From an uncultured Thermotogae bacterium (GTDB lineage Bacteria; Bipolaricaulota; Bipolaricaulia; RBG-16-55-9): a DNA stretch of 58,992 nucleotides. The stretch spans positions 1 through 58,992 of the forward strand of contig CAZMNF010000007.1 in NCBI GenBank assembly GCA_964567595.1, written 5' to 3'. This document shows positions 17,646 to 27,938 of this stretch, one piece after another. Every line of letters begins with the position of its first letter. Within the stretch, counting starts at the first letter, position 1. The notes beneath the pieces were generated by a model, which was given only the letters and a program-made list of their open reading frames with translations, did not search any database and had not been told where the DNA came from. The position numbers and the translations under genes are program-made.

Positions 17646-20600
17646 ATGCACCGACTGCATCTCTTCGGCCAGCCCGAGTTGTTCGATGCGACGGGCCAGC
17701 CCGTACCGGTGCGGACGTCCACGTCGCTGCACTTGTTGGCGTATTTGTGGCGCTATCGGGGCGAAGCGCACGCCCGGATGCGCGTGGCCGCCCAGCTGTG
17801 GCCGGAGACCGAGGAATCCCGTGCTCGACAGAACCTCCGCCAAGCGCTCCATCACCTCCGGCAACTCCTCGATCTTCGGAACGACGGCGGCGCCTACCTC
17901 GACGTTGATCGGCAGACCATCCGACTTCGGGCCGACACGCCGCTCTGGGCCGACGTGGACGCCTTTGAAGGCCACCTCCGCCAAGCCGAGGACGGCGACG
18001 ACGCCGATCGCGCGCAGCACCTCGAGGCGGCGGTCGCGCTCTATCGCGGCGATTTCGTGGCGAGCTGCGATGAGGATTGGGCAATCGAGGAGCGCGAGTT
18101 CCTCAAGGCGCGCTACGTCGAGGCGCTCGATCGGCTGATCGACCTCTGCATCCGACGGGGGCGAAGAGCGGATGCCACGACCTATGCCGAGCGCATTCTC
18201 GGCCAACATCCGTTGCGCGAGGACGTCCATCGCCGCCTCATGGCGTTGTATTACGAGCGTGGCGATCGCACCTCGGCGCTGGCCCAATACCGGCGCCTCC
18301 ATCAGCTGCTTGACGCGGACCTCGGCGTCGCGCCCGACCGGGAGACCGAGCGGCTCTATCGAGCAATCGAGGCCAATGCGCCGATCGGCGGCGCCGGCCC
18401 CAAGGACGCCCCGCAGACGCCTTCCAACCTGCCCCATCTGTTGACCCGCTTCCACGGGCGGCACGAGGACGTGGAGACCCTCGCGGACTGGCTCGAGACG
18501 CAGCGGCTTGTGACGCTGACGGGCGTCGGCGGGTGCGGCAAGACCCGCTTGGCCATCGAGGTCGGGCATCGGCTGACGGCGCGCTTCGACGACGGCGTCT
18601 GGTTCGTCGACTTGGCGCCATTGACCGACCCGCATTGGATTCCCCAGGCGCTCGCCTCCACGCTCAACCTCGCCCAGACGAAGATCCAAGCCCCCACCGA
18701 CGAGCTCATCGAGCACCTCCGCGGGTCGCGGACCCTGTTGATCATGGACAACTGCGAGCACCTCATCGAGGCCAGCGCGCGCCTGGCCCAGCGTCTGTTG
18801 GAAGCTTGCCCCCATTTAGCAATCGTTGCCACCAGCCGCGAGGCGTTCCATCTGTCGGGCGAACGGGTTTGGAACGTCCGACCGTTGGCGGTTCCGGAGC
18901 TGCCGACATCGCGCGACGAGTTGACGGACTTTGCCATCGTCCAACTCCTTCTTGAGCGGGCGCGTGGCCATCGCCCCGACTTCCGGCTGACGGACGCGAA
19001 CGCCGCGGCCGTGGCGAGGATCTGTCGAGCGGCGGAGGGCATCCCGCTGGCGGTCGAACTGGCGGTCACGTGGCTCCGCGTGCTTTCGGTGGGCGAGATC
19101 GCGGAGAGATTGGGAACTGATCCGGACCTGTTGACCGCCCAGACCCGCGACGTGCCGCCCCGGCACCGGAGCATGCGGGCCGTCTTCGAGCACTCCTGGA
19201 ACCTCCTCTCCGAGCGGAGCCAGGCGTTGTTTCGGCGGCTTGCCGCGTTCCGGGGCGGCTTCACGCGCAAGGCCGCGGAGGAAGTGGCTGGGGCCTCGCT
19301 GATGCAGCTCGCCGCGCTGCTGGACCAATCGCTGTTGGAGCGCCGCGCGGACGGTCGATACGTCTGCCACGAGCTGTTGCGCCAGTTCGGCGAGGCCAAG
19401 TTGGTCGCGTCCGAGGAGGCCGAGGAGGTGCGCCAACGCCATTTGGCGTTCTTCCTCGCGTTGGCCGAGCGGGCCGAGACGGAGCTGGCCGGGGTGAACC
19501 AGGGCGAGTGGCTGCGCTGTCTCACGGATGAGCTGGACAACCTGCGCGCTGCGTTGGCGTGGGCCCTGGAGACCGCTCGGGCCGAGGAGGCCTTGCGTCT
19601 GGCGACGGCTCTGGGGCGCTTCTGGGTGCTACGCGCGTACCTGAGCGAAGGGCGCCAGTGGCTGGATCACGCGCTGCAGCGACTCGAGCAGGCTGAGCGT
19701 GCCACGCAGGCGGACGCGCTCCACCAAGCGGGCGAACTGGCTTGGCGCCAAGGTGACTACGCGACGGCGGAGACGTTTCAGCAACGGAGCCTGGAGCGCT
19801 ATCGCGAACTGGGTGACCACGTCGGGGCGTCACAGTCCCTGGTTGGTCTCGGTCGCACGGCGCAGGAGCAGGGCCACCTCGATCAAGCCCGCCAGCTGTT
19901 CGAGGAGGGCCTCAGCATCGAGCGCGAGCGCGGCGACACGTGGGGCATCGCCAAGGCGCTCGGCAACCTCGGCGAGGTGACCCTGGAACAGGGCGACCCG
20001 GAGACAGCCCACGGTTCCCTTCAGCGGAGCCTCGAGATGTTGCGCGAGGTGGGCGATCGGTCGGGCGAGTGCAACGTCTTGAACAAGCTCGGCTACGTGG
20101 CGAGCGTGCAGGGCGACATCGAGGAGGCCCGCTCGTATCTCAACGAGAGCCTCGCCCTCGCACGCCAAGTGCAGAACAAACGGGGCATTGCCATGGCGCT
20201 CGGCAATCTGGGCAACCTGGCCTTGGAGCAGGCAGACTGGGAACGTGCCCGAGCGTCGCTCGGCGAGATTGCGGAGATCTTTCGCGAAATGAACGATCGT
20301 CGCAATCTCTACGTGGCGCTCAACAAGCTCGGCCAAGTGGAGCTGGCGCGAGACGACGCTGCCCAAGCGAGGGCGTTTTTCGACGAGAGCTTGGCGATCT
20401 GCCGTCGGATCGACGATCGGCTCGGCATGGCCGAGGTTCTCTGTGGGCTGGCGGAGACGATCCGCAGGGACGGGCACGATCGGGACGCGGCCCAGCTCCA
20501 GGGGGCAATCGCGGCGCTTCTCGAGCAGATCGGTGCCTCGCTGCAAGCGCACGAGCGACGGCTCTTCGAGGGCACCCAGTCGTCGCTGATTTCGGCCCTC

Positions 20601-20678
20601 GGAGAGGCTATTTATCGGGATGAGATGGGCCAGGGACGGGCGAAGGGCTTCGCCTCGCTCGTGGACCCCACCGCTTGA
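17646..20678 (+). CDS. SARP/AfsR-type regulator: HTH-BTAD, NB-ARC ATPase, TPR array
   Basis: LYRGDF and PLREDVHRRLM (BTAD), Walker A GVGGCGKT, Walker B LIMDNCEH, GIPLAVELA, and ~40-aa TPR repeats at the C-terminus. Start 17646 or 17610. Confidence 0.9.
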   Translation: MHRLHLFGQPELFDATGQPVPVRTSTSLHLLAYLWRYRGEAHARMRVAAQLWPETEESRARQNLRQALHHLRQLLDLRNDGGAYLDVDRQTIRLRADTPLWADVDAFEGHLRQAEDGDDADRAQHLEAAVALYRGDFVASCDEDWAIEEREFLKARYVEALDRLIDLCIRRGRRADATTYAERILGQHPLREDVHRRLMALYYERGDRTSALAQYRRLHQLLDADLGVAPDRETERLYRAIEANAPIGGAGPKDAPQTPSNLPHLLTRFHGRHEDVETLADWLETQRLVTLTGVGGCGKTRLAIEVGHRLTARFDDGVWFVDLAPLTDPHWIPQALASTLNLAQTKIQAPTDELIEHLRGSRTLLIMDNCEHLIEASARLAQRLLEACPHLAIVATSREAFHLSGERVWNVRPLAVPELPTSRDELTDFAIVQLLLERARGHRPDFRLTDANAAAVARICRAAEGIPLAVELAVTWLRVLSVGEIAERLGTDPDLLTAQTRDVPPRHRSMRAVFEHSWNLLSERSQALFRRLAAFRGGFTRKAAEEVAGASLMQLAALLDQSLLERRADGRYVCHELLRQFGEAKLVASEEAEEVRQRHLAFFLALAERAETELAGVNQGEWLRCLTDELDNLRAALAWALETARAEEALRLATALGRFWVLRAYLSEGRQWLDHALQRLEQAERATQADALHQAGELAWRQGDYATAETFQQRSLERYRELGDHVGASQSLVGLGRTAQEQGHLDQARQLFEEGLSIERERGDTWGIAKALGNLGEVTLEQGDPETAHGSLQRSLEMLREVGDRSGECNVLNKLGYVASVQGDIEEARSYLNESLALARQVQNKRGIAMALGNLGNLALEQADWERARASLGEIAEIFREMNDRRNLYVALNKLGQVELARDDAAQARAFFDESLAICRRIDDRLGMAEVLCGLAETIRRDGHDRDAAQLQGAIAALLEQIGASLQAHERRLFEGTQSSLISALGEAIYRDEMGQGRAKGFASLVDPTA

Positions 20679-20752
20679 TCGTTGTTGCCGTGGCACGCGC
20701 CCCTGACTACACTTGATCCATTTCCACATGAAATTTCACGAGGAGGCGCAAC

Positions 20753-21655
20753 ATGCCCGACCGCTTGATTGTGCTCAACAAGGACGAAGACACCGTCTCA
20801 TTTGTCGACGCGGAGGGCGGTGACACGCTCGCCAAGATCGACGTTGGCCACCACCCGCACGAAGTGGAAGTCGTCCCCGAAGAGAGCATCTGCTACGTCT
20901 CCAACGCGCTCGAGGGCGACGTCTCCGTGATCGACACGGACGCCATGGCCGAGAGGGAGCGCCTGACGCATGAGGAGTTCGTCTTTCCTCACGACATCAA
21001 GGTCTCGCCCGATCGGTCCAAGCTCTACCTCGCGTCGACGCACGCGCATAAGGTCTTCATCTTCGAACGCCCATCGCACGAGGTTCGCAAGGTGCTCAAG
21101 ACGGGCCAACGCCTCTCGCACATGCTGGATCCCATGCCGGATTGGCGTCGCGTCTACGTCCCGAATATCGGCTCGAACACGCTGTCGGTGTTGAACCCCT
21201 CGACCGACGAGATCGAGATGCACGTTTCAGTCGGCAAGGGCCCGGAGGGCGTCGCTGTGCATCCCGGCGGCGAGTTCCTGTACGTCGCCAACCAGGATGA
21301 GAACAACGTCTACGTCCTCAGCACCGAACACCACGGCGTCATCGCGAAGCATCCGATCGGAACGACGCCCGTCCGCATGGTCTTCTCGCCCGACGGGACC
21401 TACGCGTTCGTGCCCAACCGCCATTCACACGACGTCTCCATCATCGACACGTCTCGTCACTGGGAGATCAAGCGGTTGCCCGTGGGACGCTGGCCGGGCG
21501 GCGTCGTGTTCAGCCCGAATGGCGAACGGGCCTACGTCGCCAACAACAAGACGAACGATGTCTCCGTCGTTGACGTGGGCACGCTGAAGGAGATCGAGCG
21601 CTTCGACGTCGGCATCCATCCCGACGGGATCGGGTATCTGGCGAGCCGAAGCTAG
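20753..21655 (+). CDS. YVTN/YncE-type beta-propeller protein, no signal peptide
   Basis: Repeated VGxxPxGVxxSPDG..YVxN..VSVID units; GAGGAGG RBS. Confidence 0.85.
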   Translation: MPDRLIVLNKDEDTVSFVDAEGGDTLAKIDVGHHPHEVEVVPEESICYVSNALEGDVSVIDTDAMAERERLTHEEFVFPHDIKVSPDRSKLYLASTHAHKVFIFERPSHEVRKVLKTGQRLSHMLDPMPDWRRVYVPNIGSNTLSVLNPSTDEIEMHVSVGKGPEGVAVHPGGEFLYVANQDENNVYVLSTEHHGVIAKHPIGTTPVRMVFSPDGTYAFVPNRHSHDVSIIDTSRHWEIKRLPVGRWPGGVVFSPNGERAYVANNKTNDVSVVDVGTLKEIERFDVGIHPDGIGYLASRS

Positions 21656-22395
21656 CCCCGGAGCAGCACCTGGAACGCGATCATCGCGAGCGTCGCTAGG
21701 GTGACCGTCACGGCGACGGCGTTGTGAGAAGCGTCCTCGATCGCCTCGGGGAGCAGTTCGGAGAAGACCATCCAGAGCATCGCGCCCGCCGCGAATCCCA
21801 ACCCCACAGGGAGGATCGGGCGGAACGTGTTGACCAGAAGAAACGCCGGCACGGCCATCAAGGGCTGAGGCACGCTGGAGAAGACGCTCCACCCGGCGGC
21901 CCTCCAGGCGGCGACGCCACGCGGGATCAACACGAGGCTGATGGCCAATCCTTCGGGGATGTTGTGCACGGCGATGGCAATGGTGACGAACAGCCCCAGC
22001 GCCTCGCCGCCGCCGAAGGAGACGCCGACGCCGATTCCTTCGGTAAACGAGTGCACGGTCATGACGCCGACAATGAGCAGTGCCTTGCGCGCGTCCACGC
22101 CCTGAAGAGCCCCCAAGGTCAACTCCTCGTCGGCATTGAGGCGGCTTTTGGTCCAGACGATAAAGCCCAAGCCGATGAGCGCGCCGAGCATCACGCGGCT
22201 CAGCCCGACGTCGAGACCCTCTTGGAGCAGGCCGAAGCTGGCGCCGAGCATCAGTCCGGAAGCAAGGGCATTGGCGAGGCCCAATATGCGCCGGCTCAGG
22301 TCGCGCGCGAAGATAAAGGGGAGCGCACCCAGACCCGTCGCTATCGCCGTTAGCGACGCGAACCAGAGCACGTCCCACGCCGATACCAGAGCCAT
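21652..22395 (-). CDS. ZIP-family divalent metal transporter (GufA/ZupT)
   Basis: TGLGALP, HSFTEGIGVG and HNIPEG motifs; multiple TM segments. Confidence 0.92.
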   Translation of the reverse strand: MALVSAWDVLWFASLTAIATGLGALPFIFARDLSRRILGLANALASGLMLGASFGLLQEGLDVGLSRVMLGALIGLGFIVWTKSRLNADEELTLGALQGVDARKALLIVGVMTVHSFTEGIGVGVSFGGGEALGLFVTIAIAVHNIPEGLAISLVLIPRGVAAWRAAGWSVFSSVPQPLMAVPAFLLVNTFRPILPVGLGFAAGAMLWMVFSELLPEAIEDASHNAVAVTVTLATLAMIAFQVLLRG

Positions 22396-22502
22396 GCGTC
22401 AAGTATAGGAGAGAGCGCCCCGCACAGCGATGACAGTCGTCGTTCGGCTGATCGAGGTCGTTGTGCGGGCGTTCGATACTCTGGCACAATGGCTCCGTCA
22501 TC

Positions 22503-23552
22503 ATGACCGAATCGACCATGCAAGCCGTCGTCAAAGCGGAGTCGAGCGCCGGGTTGACAATGCGCGAGGTTCCCGTTCCGGAGATTGGATCGCATGACGT
22601 GCTCGTCAACGTCAAAGCGTGCTCGATCTGCGGAACCGACTTGCACATCCACCGCTGGGATCCGTGGGCCCAGGAACGCCTTGATCCCCCGTTGGTCGTC
22701 GGCCACGAGGCCTGCGGCGAGATCGCGGACGTCGGTCGCGACGTGACGTCCGTCAAGGAGGGGGATCTCGTCTCGCTAGAGAGCCACGTCGTCTGCGGCA
22801 CCTGCGACATGTGCTTGACGGGCCGTGGCCACCTCTGTCGGAACACGAGCATCCTCGGCGTGGATCGCGATGGCGTGTTCGCCGACTACGTGGCCGTGCC
22901 TGCGATCAACGCCTGGCCCGACCCGCCGGGCATGCCCTTCGAAATTGCCTCGCTTCAGGAGAACTTCGGCAACGCCGTCCACACGGCGTTCGCGGTCGAC
23001 CTGCGCGCCAGAAAGGTTCTCGTCACGGGCTGTGGCCCCGTCGGGATCATGGCCATCGCCGTGGCCAAGGCGATCGGCGCCCGCTCCATTTACGCGACGG
23101 ACGTGAGCGACTATCGCCTCCAACTGGCCCGAGATATGGGCGCTGACGGCACGTTCAACGACGGGGAGGTCAACACGGTGGATGCGGTCATGGACGTAAC
23201 CGAAGGCGAGGGCGTCGACGCGCTGTTGGAGATGTCCGGCGCGCCCAGCGCCATTCGCGAGGGATTCCAGCTGATCAAGCCCGGCGGCGAGGCGGCGCTG
23301 TTGGGCCTTCCCGGCGAGGCGATGGAATTCGACGTCGACAATCTCCTGATCTTCAAGGGCATCACAGCCCACGGCGTCATCGGCCGCAAGCTCTGGGAGA
23401 CGTGGTTCCAGGCGCGCGGGCTGCTGCGCTCCAGCGCCGTCGACCTCCAACCGATCGTGACGCATCGGTTTCCCCTTTCCGACTATGAGGACGCGTTTGC
23501 GCTGATGGCATCCGGCGACTGCGGGAAAGTCGTGCTATGGCCGGAGGGATGA
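22503..23552 (+). CDS. tdh: L-threonine 3-dehydrogenase
   Basis: ICGTDLHI..WDPWA, GHE, ESHVVCxxCxxC..HLC, GNAVH, GCGPVG, LEMSG and GR.LWETW motifs. Start 22503 or 22518. Confidence 0.9.
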   Translation: MTESTMQAVVKAESSAGLTMREVPVPEIGSHDVLVNVKACSICGTDLHIHRWDPWAQERLDPPLVVGHEACGEIADVGRDVTSVKEGDLVSLESHVVCGTCDMCLTGRGHLCRNTSILGVDRDGVFADYVAVPAINAWPDPPGMPFEIASLQENFGNAVHTAFAVDLRARKVLVTGCGPVGIMAIAVAKAIGARSIYATDVSDYRLQLARDMGADGTFNDGEVNTVDAVMDVTEGEGVDALLEMSGAPSAIREGFQLIKPGGEAALLGLPGEAMEFDVDNLLIFKGITAHGVIGRKLWETWFQARGLLRSSAVDLQPIVTHRFPLSDYEDAFALMASGDCGKVVLWPEG

Positions 23553-23578
23553 GCGAGCCAGCGGGAACTCGACGCGGG

Positions 23579-24244
23579 CTACGTCTGGGGTGTCGTCTGG
23601 GAGTCGAGGATCGTGATGCCGTGGTCTTTGAGGTCCTGGACGATGCCGCGCCAGTCGAAGTGGTCGATGCGCAGCACGATGACGTCATGGTCGTCGTTGT
23701 TGCGGCATTCCTCGCAGCTGATGATGCTGACCACGTTGGCATCGTGGCCCTTCAGGATGTCCAGTGCCTCCGACAGGGAGCCGGGACGGTCTTCCAGTTC
23801 GAGCGTGAGGCGCGTGCCGTCGCGATCGATGCCGAGCGCCTCGATGAGCACGTCAAAGATGTCGGATTCGGTAATCACGCCGACCAGCTGATCCTCGTTC
23901 TGGACGACGGGCAACCCGCCGATGCGGTGCTTGCGCATCAACATCGCGGCCTTCTCGATGGTGTCCTCGGGCGAGACAGCCACGATCTCCTCGACGGGCG
24001 TCATGACCTCGTTGACGGTGATGCGCGCCAGCAGATGGTTGAGCTCCCAGATGCTGAGCGACGTCGCTCCGGAGGGACCGGCCTCCTGAATGTCGCCCTG
24101 CGAGGCGAGGCCGGCCAAGCGGCCGTCCTCGACAACGGGCAGCCGCCGAATCATGTGCTGTTTCATCATGTCGCGGGCTTCCATGATGGGCGTGTCCGGA
24201 TGGGCGGAGATGATGTCGTCGGTCATCCACATGCGCACGAACAA
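23579..24244 (-). CDS. CBS-pair + ACT domain protein (AcuB-like)
   Basis: IRRLPVV, PS.ATSLSIWELN.LL, IGGLPVV..GVITESDI and EDRPGSL motifs; TTG start with GGAGG RBS. Confidence 0.88.
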   Translation of the reverse strand: MFVRMWMTDDIISAHPDTPIMEARDMMKQHMIRRLPVVEDGRLAGLASQGDIQEAGPSGATSLSIWELNHLLARITVNEVMTPVEEIVAVSPEDTIEKAAMLMRKHRIGGLPVVQNEDQLVGVITESDIFDVLIEALGIDRDGTRLTLELEDRPGSLSEALDILKGHDANVVSIISCEECRNNDDHDVIVLRIDHFDWRGIVQDLKDHGITILDSQTTPQT

Positions 24245-24333
24245 GGCAGGTCCTCCTCTTTCAACTCAGTGGCAATGCCACAGGAGTCTAGGTAGACGTC
24301 GCCTCATCTGCCAATGATGTATGTCAGGACGCG

Positions 24334-26037
24334 TCAACCGGCCCCGGCACCGCCACCTCCGGCCCCGCCGGCGGCACCTGCACCTGCTGAGGCCGCACCC
24401 GCGGCCGCCCCGCCAGCCGCTGCCGCGCCGCCCGTGTCGCCAATGACGGCATAGCAGGCCGCGAACGAGGCGTAGGCGGGCGCAACGCCCGTCTCCGTGT
24501 CGTCCGTGACGTCCTGCAGCCACAGCGGCATCTCGAAGCGCTCTTCCGCGTCGGCCTCCTTGAGGCCGTCCTTGATCTCGTCCATGTGCTTGCTCCAGAC
24601 GCGCTCGTGCAGCGCCAGCCACGGCAGATGCTCGATGAAGAACCGCGCCGCGCCGATGGGATCATGGCGCTTGAGCGAGGTCAACTCGTCGAGCAGATGG
24701 TCCAGATACGCCTCGATCCTTGCCCGCTTCTCGGCGCCTTGGTCCGTCAGCGTGTAATACGTCACGCCGCCGAGCACCAACCCGCCGATAAACAGCCCCG
24801 TGCCGAGCCCGAGCGCGAGGAACCACCAGCCGCCGCCCCAGAAGGCGATCCCAATCCCGAGGATCAGCGCGGCGATGGAGCCGATCCAGACAAGCCCGGA
24901 GCGACGCCCGTGATGGGCCAAGTCGCCCCGCTTGAGAAGCTCCAACCGAGCGTCGCTGAGCAACGCCTGCCGGAAGCGGTTTCCCTTGCGGCCGAACTCG
25001 GTCAGCGAGTCGTGGTTGCGGAGTTCATCCAGGAGCTGACGTTCCGCCTCACTCAGGTCTTCACGGGGTTCGTGGAACTCGACCTGAATTTTAGGCCGCT
25101 CCCCCCCGAAGCGCTGCTTCTCTTTCGTCCGCTTGAGCGTGATATGGCCCCGGGCGGCCAAGTCGTAGAGCATCGCGGGAACCGCGCGCTGGCCTTCGGA
25201 CGTTGCGCCCTTGATCAGTACAGCCGCCTCGGGAAGTGGTATCTCCGGCTGCTCGGACGTGCGTGTCTCGTGGCGTGGGCCGCGCCAGCGGCGCCACAAC
25301 ACAGCGCTTGCCACAAGCCCAATAAGAAACGCCGCCCCAACGGCTCCAACGAGTGTCCAGTCGATCTCGTTAGGGGAACGACCTTCGAGGCGCTTGGGGA
25401 ACTCCACGACGACGCGGTAGCCCTCGCCCGGATCGAGTTGCGCGCGCTGGAAGCTGATCGTCAATCCTTCGGATGTCTCTCGGAGTTGCCCCTCGTCGGT
25501 CGGTTGGAACGCGAGATCCTCGGCAGCGAGATCCAGTTCGTTCGGGATCTGAACGCTAACGGAGACGTTGTTCACCGGAACCGTCGTCTCCTCACCCAGA
25601 GCCTGCCAATCGATACGGTTCAGATCCTCATCTTCGATAAGCGCGCCGTCGACCGTGTAGCGGAGCGTGAACGTGGCGGGCTCTGTGCGCTCGGGGAACG
25701 TCCAGCGGATGATCGTCTGATCGGACTCCGTGCGGGTTCTCGTTCCGAGGATCTCGGCATCCGCGCTCGTCACTTGGACGTTGCGCAGCGCGTCGAACCC
25801 ATCGTTCGGAATCGAGCGGGTGCCGAAGCTGAAGGTCCCCTGTTGGAAGTCGTAGCTCAGCTCCTCTGTGACGCGATATTGGCCGTCCGGTTGGAGGGCC
25901 AGCGTGACGTCGTAGGCCGAGAACGCATAGGTCTGCGACTGCGCGTGGCCGAGCGCTGTCGAGCCGAGCACCAACAGGGCGCTGATAGCCAGAATCTGGA
26001 GCAATTCGCCGAGGCGACGGTTGTGATGTGCACCCAT
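24334..26037 (-). CDS. DUF2207-family membrane protein
   Basis: Signal peptide, extracytoplasmic domain (VTEEL.Y.F), LYDLAARG, TM helices and a Gly/Ala-rich C-terminal tail. Confidence 0.8.
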   Translation of the reverse strand: MGAHHNRRLGELLQILAISALLVLGSTALGHAQSQTYAFSAYDVTLALQPDGQYRVTEELSYDFQQGTFSFGTRSIPNDGFDALRNVQVTSADAEILGTRTRTESDQTIIRWTFPERTEPATFTLRYTVDGALIEDEDLNRIDWQALGEETTVPVNNVSVSVQIPNELDLAAEDLAFQPTDEGQLRETSEGLTISFQRAQLDPGEGYRVVVEFPKRLEGRSPNEIDWTLVGAVGAAFLIGLVASAVLWRRWRGPRHETRTSEQPEIPLPEAAVLIKGATSEGQRAVPAMLYDLAARGHITLKRTKEKQRFGGERPKIQVEFHEPREDLSEAERQLLDELRNHDSLTEFGRKGNRFRQALLSDARLELLKRGDLAHHGRRSGLVWIGSIAALILGIGIAFWGGGWWFLALGLGTGLFIGGLVLGGVTYYTLTDQGAEKRARIEAYLDHLLDELTSLKRHDPIGAARFFIEHLPWLALHERVWSKHMDEIKDGLKEADAEERFEMPLWLQDVTDDTETGVAPAYASFAACYAVIGDTGGAAAAGGAAAGAASAGAGAAGGAGGGGAGAG

Positions 26038-26095
26038 GACGCCGCTATGGTACCAACTAGAGTGACGAAAACGACAGCTCGAGAGGAGGCCTTGG

Positions 26096-26365
26096 GTGGA
26101 TCCGCATGAGTTCGTCCGCATCTACGCGTCCGAGAACCGCACCGAGATCGGCATGATCAAGCAGTTCCTGGAGTCCGAGGGCTTCACCGTCATGGCGCGT
26201 GGCGAGTACGAGCCCGAGTATCCGCTGCTGTATCCCAACCCGATCGAGCTGTGCGTGCCGCGGCGCGAGACGGACGAGGCGATCATGCTCCTGAGCGAAT
26301 TCCAGGACGCGCCCATCCAGGATGACCATGGCCGTTCCCTTGCCGACTTTTACCCCAGGGACTAG
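26096..26365 (+). CDS. DUF2007-like small signal-transducing protein
   Basis: E..MIK.FLESEGF...LCVP......A..LL pattern; GAGGAGG RBS with GTG start. Confidence 0.7.
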   Translation: MDPHEFVRIYASENRTEIGMIKQFLESEGFTVMARGEYEPEYPLLYPNPIELCVPRRETDEAIMLLSEFQDAPIQDDHGRSLADFYPRD

Positions 26366-26377
26366 GCTGGAGGCGAC

Positions 26378-26827
26378 ATGGCCGCCCTGATCGAGCAACT
26401 GATCGATCAACTGCAGAGCGCCGGCTACCGGAACACGCCGGCCCGTCGAGCGGTCTTGGAAGCCCTCATCGACGGCCCTTCGCACATGACAGCTCCCCAC
26501 GTCGTGGCGGCCGTGGGTGAGACCTCGCCCAGTGTGGGGCGTGCGTCGATCTATCGGACGCTGGAGCTGCTCACCAGGCTCGGCCTCGTGCAGGCCTCCA
26601 CGTTGGGGGGCACCGAGACGACCTACATGCTGGCTCCGTCGGGGCATCATCATCACGCCATTTGCCTGGAGTGCCGCGAGACGATCGAGATCGACGAGTG
26701 CGTCATGGGCGAATTGGAAGGGGCGCTACGCGAACGTACCGGCTTCGAGGTCCGGGGGCACTTGCTGGAGATTTACGGGCTCTGTCCGCAGTGCGCAGCG
26801 TTGAAGCGCGATAACCACCAGAGCTGA
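26378..26827 (+). CDS. Fur-family regulator (probably Zur)
   Basis: T..RRAVL, ASIYRTLELL, HHHHAICLEC and C-terminal CPQC; adjacent to a Zn-type ABC operon. Confidence 0.92.
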   Translation: MAALIEQLIDQLQSAGYRNTPARRAVLEALIDGPSHMTAPHVVAAVGETSPSVGRASIYRTLELLTRLGLVQASTLGGTETTYMLAPSGHHHHAICLECRETIEIDECVMGELEGALRERTGFEVRGHLLEIYGLCPQCAALKRDNHQS

Positions 26828-26875
26828 CGTTACCCGTTCGAGGCCAAGATTGTCGGTCATCTTGAACAATGGAGG

Positions 26876-26936
26876 TTGACAATGGAGCGACGGTCGGATA
26901 AATATGATACGTAGTATCATCTGAGTATGAGGCTCA
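26876..26936 (+). promoter_or_regulatory. Promoter with two tandem Fur/Zur-like boxes
   Basis: TTGACA at 26876; palindrome ATGATAC-GTA-GTATCAT (26904-26920) and TGAG-N7-CTCA (26922-26936), both 15-bp TGA..TCA. Confidence 0.6.
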
Positions 26937-26961
26937 AATAACCGCTGGAGCGTGATTCGCC

Positions 26962-27903
26962 ATGCAAGTCGAATCGGCCTTCCGCTCGGCAAAAGGGCGG
27001 ATAGCGATGTTGCTCGGGGTGGTCCTCGCCATCGGCCTCATCTTGGGTAGTCCAGCGCTCGAGGAAGCTCAGGCGCAGCCGGCAAGCGACCTGAACATTG
27101 TCGTCACCACGACGATCCTGGGCGACGTGGTCGGCAACGTCGCGGGTAGCGCCTACGATCCGGAGGTTCTGTTGCAGCCAGGGCAGAACCCGCACGCGGT
27201 GTCACTGAATCCGAGCATGCTTCGCGCCATGGTCGAGGCCGACGTCGTGTTCGCCCAAGGACTCGGTTTCGAGGGGTTCCTCGGAGACGCGCTGGAGGCC
27301 TCCGGCGACGAGATCAACGTCATTCGCGCCTCGGACGGAATTCCCACGCGCCAGCTTGGCGACGTCGTCGATCAACACGCCTGGTTCAACCCGGCCAACG
27401 TGGCGATCTGGACGGACAACGTCCGCGAGGTGCTCGTCGACCTGGATCCGGCCAATGCCGAGCAGTACGCCATCAACGCCCTGCGGTACCAGGGCGAGCT
27501 GGCCGAGCTGGACGCGTTCATCGAGGAGCGGATCAGCGAGCTTGATTCCCAAGAGCGCAAGATCGTGGCCGATCATCGGGCTTGGGGCTACTTTGCCGAC
27601 CGCTACGGCTTCGAGTTTCTCGGTGCGGTCATCCCCAACCTGAGCGACAACGCCGAGCCCTCGGCCCGCGACGTGGCCCGCACCATCGACGTGATCCGCG
27701 AGGAGAACGTCCCAGCGGTCTTCGTGGGCAACACGGCCCGTCCCGACGTCGCTGAGCAAGTCGCGGCAGAGACCGGGGCGGAGATCGTTCGGCTGTATAC
27801 CGGCTCGCTCAGCAATCCCGATGGCCCGGCTCCGACGTATCTGGCGCACATGCGCTTCAACGTCAACGCCATCGTTGACGCGCTCGACCGGGGCGCGGAA
27901 TAA
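26962..27903 (+). CDS. Zn/Mn ABC transporter substrate-binding protein (cluster A-I)
   Basis: VVTTTILGD, NPH, DQHAW.NP, DH.AWGYF and EPSA motifs; N-terminal signal peptide. Confidence 0.92.
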   Translation: MQVESAFRSAKGRIAMLLGVVLAIGLILGSPALEEAQAQPASDLNIVVTTTILGDVVGNVAGSAYDPEVLLQPGQNPHAVSLNPSMLRAMVEADVVFAQGLGFEGFLGDALEASGDEINVIRASDGIPTRQLGDVVDQHAWFNPANVAIWTDNVREVLVDLDPANAEQYAINALRYQGELAELDAFIEERISELDSQERKIVADHRAWGYFADRYGFEFLGAVIPNLSDNAEPSARDVARTIDVIREENVPAVFVGNTARPDVAEQVAAETGAEIVRLYTGSLSNPDGPAPTYLAHMRFNVNAIVDALDRGAE

Positions 27904-27938
27904 TTGAAATAGCTATCTGCTGGGAGGGCCGGGATACG

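Noticed and set aside
17646-20678. Avs/NLR-like anti-phage STAND system
   Set aside because: The N-terminus is a SARP HTH-BTAD transcription module, not a nuclease/TIR/SIR2 effector, and there is no defence-island context.
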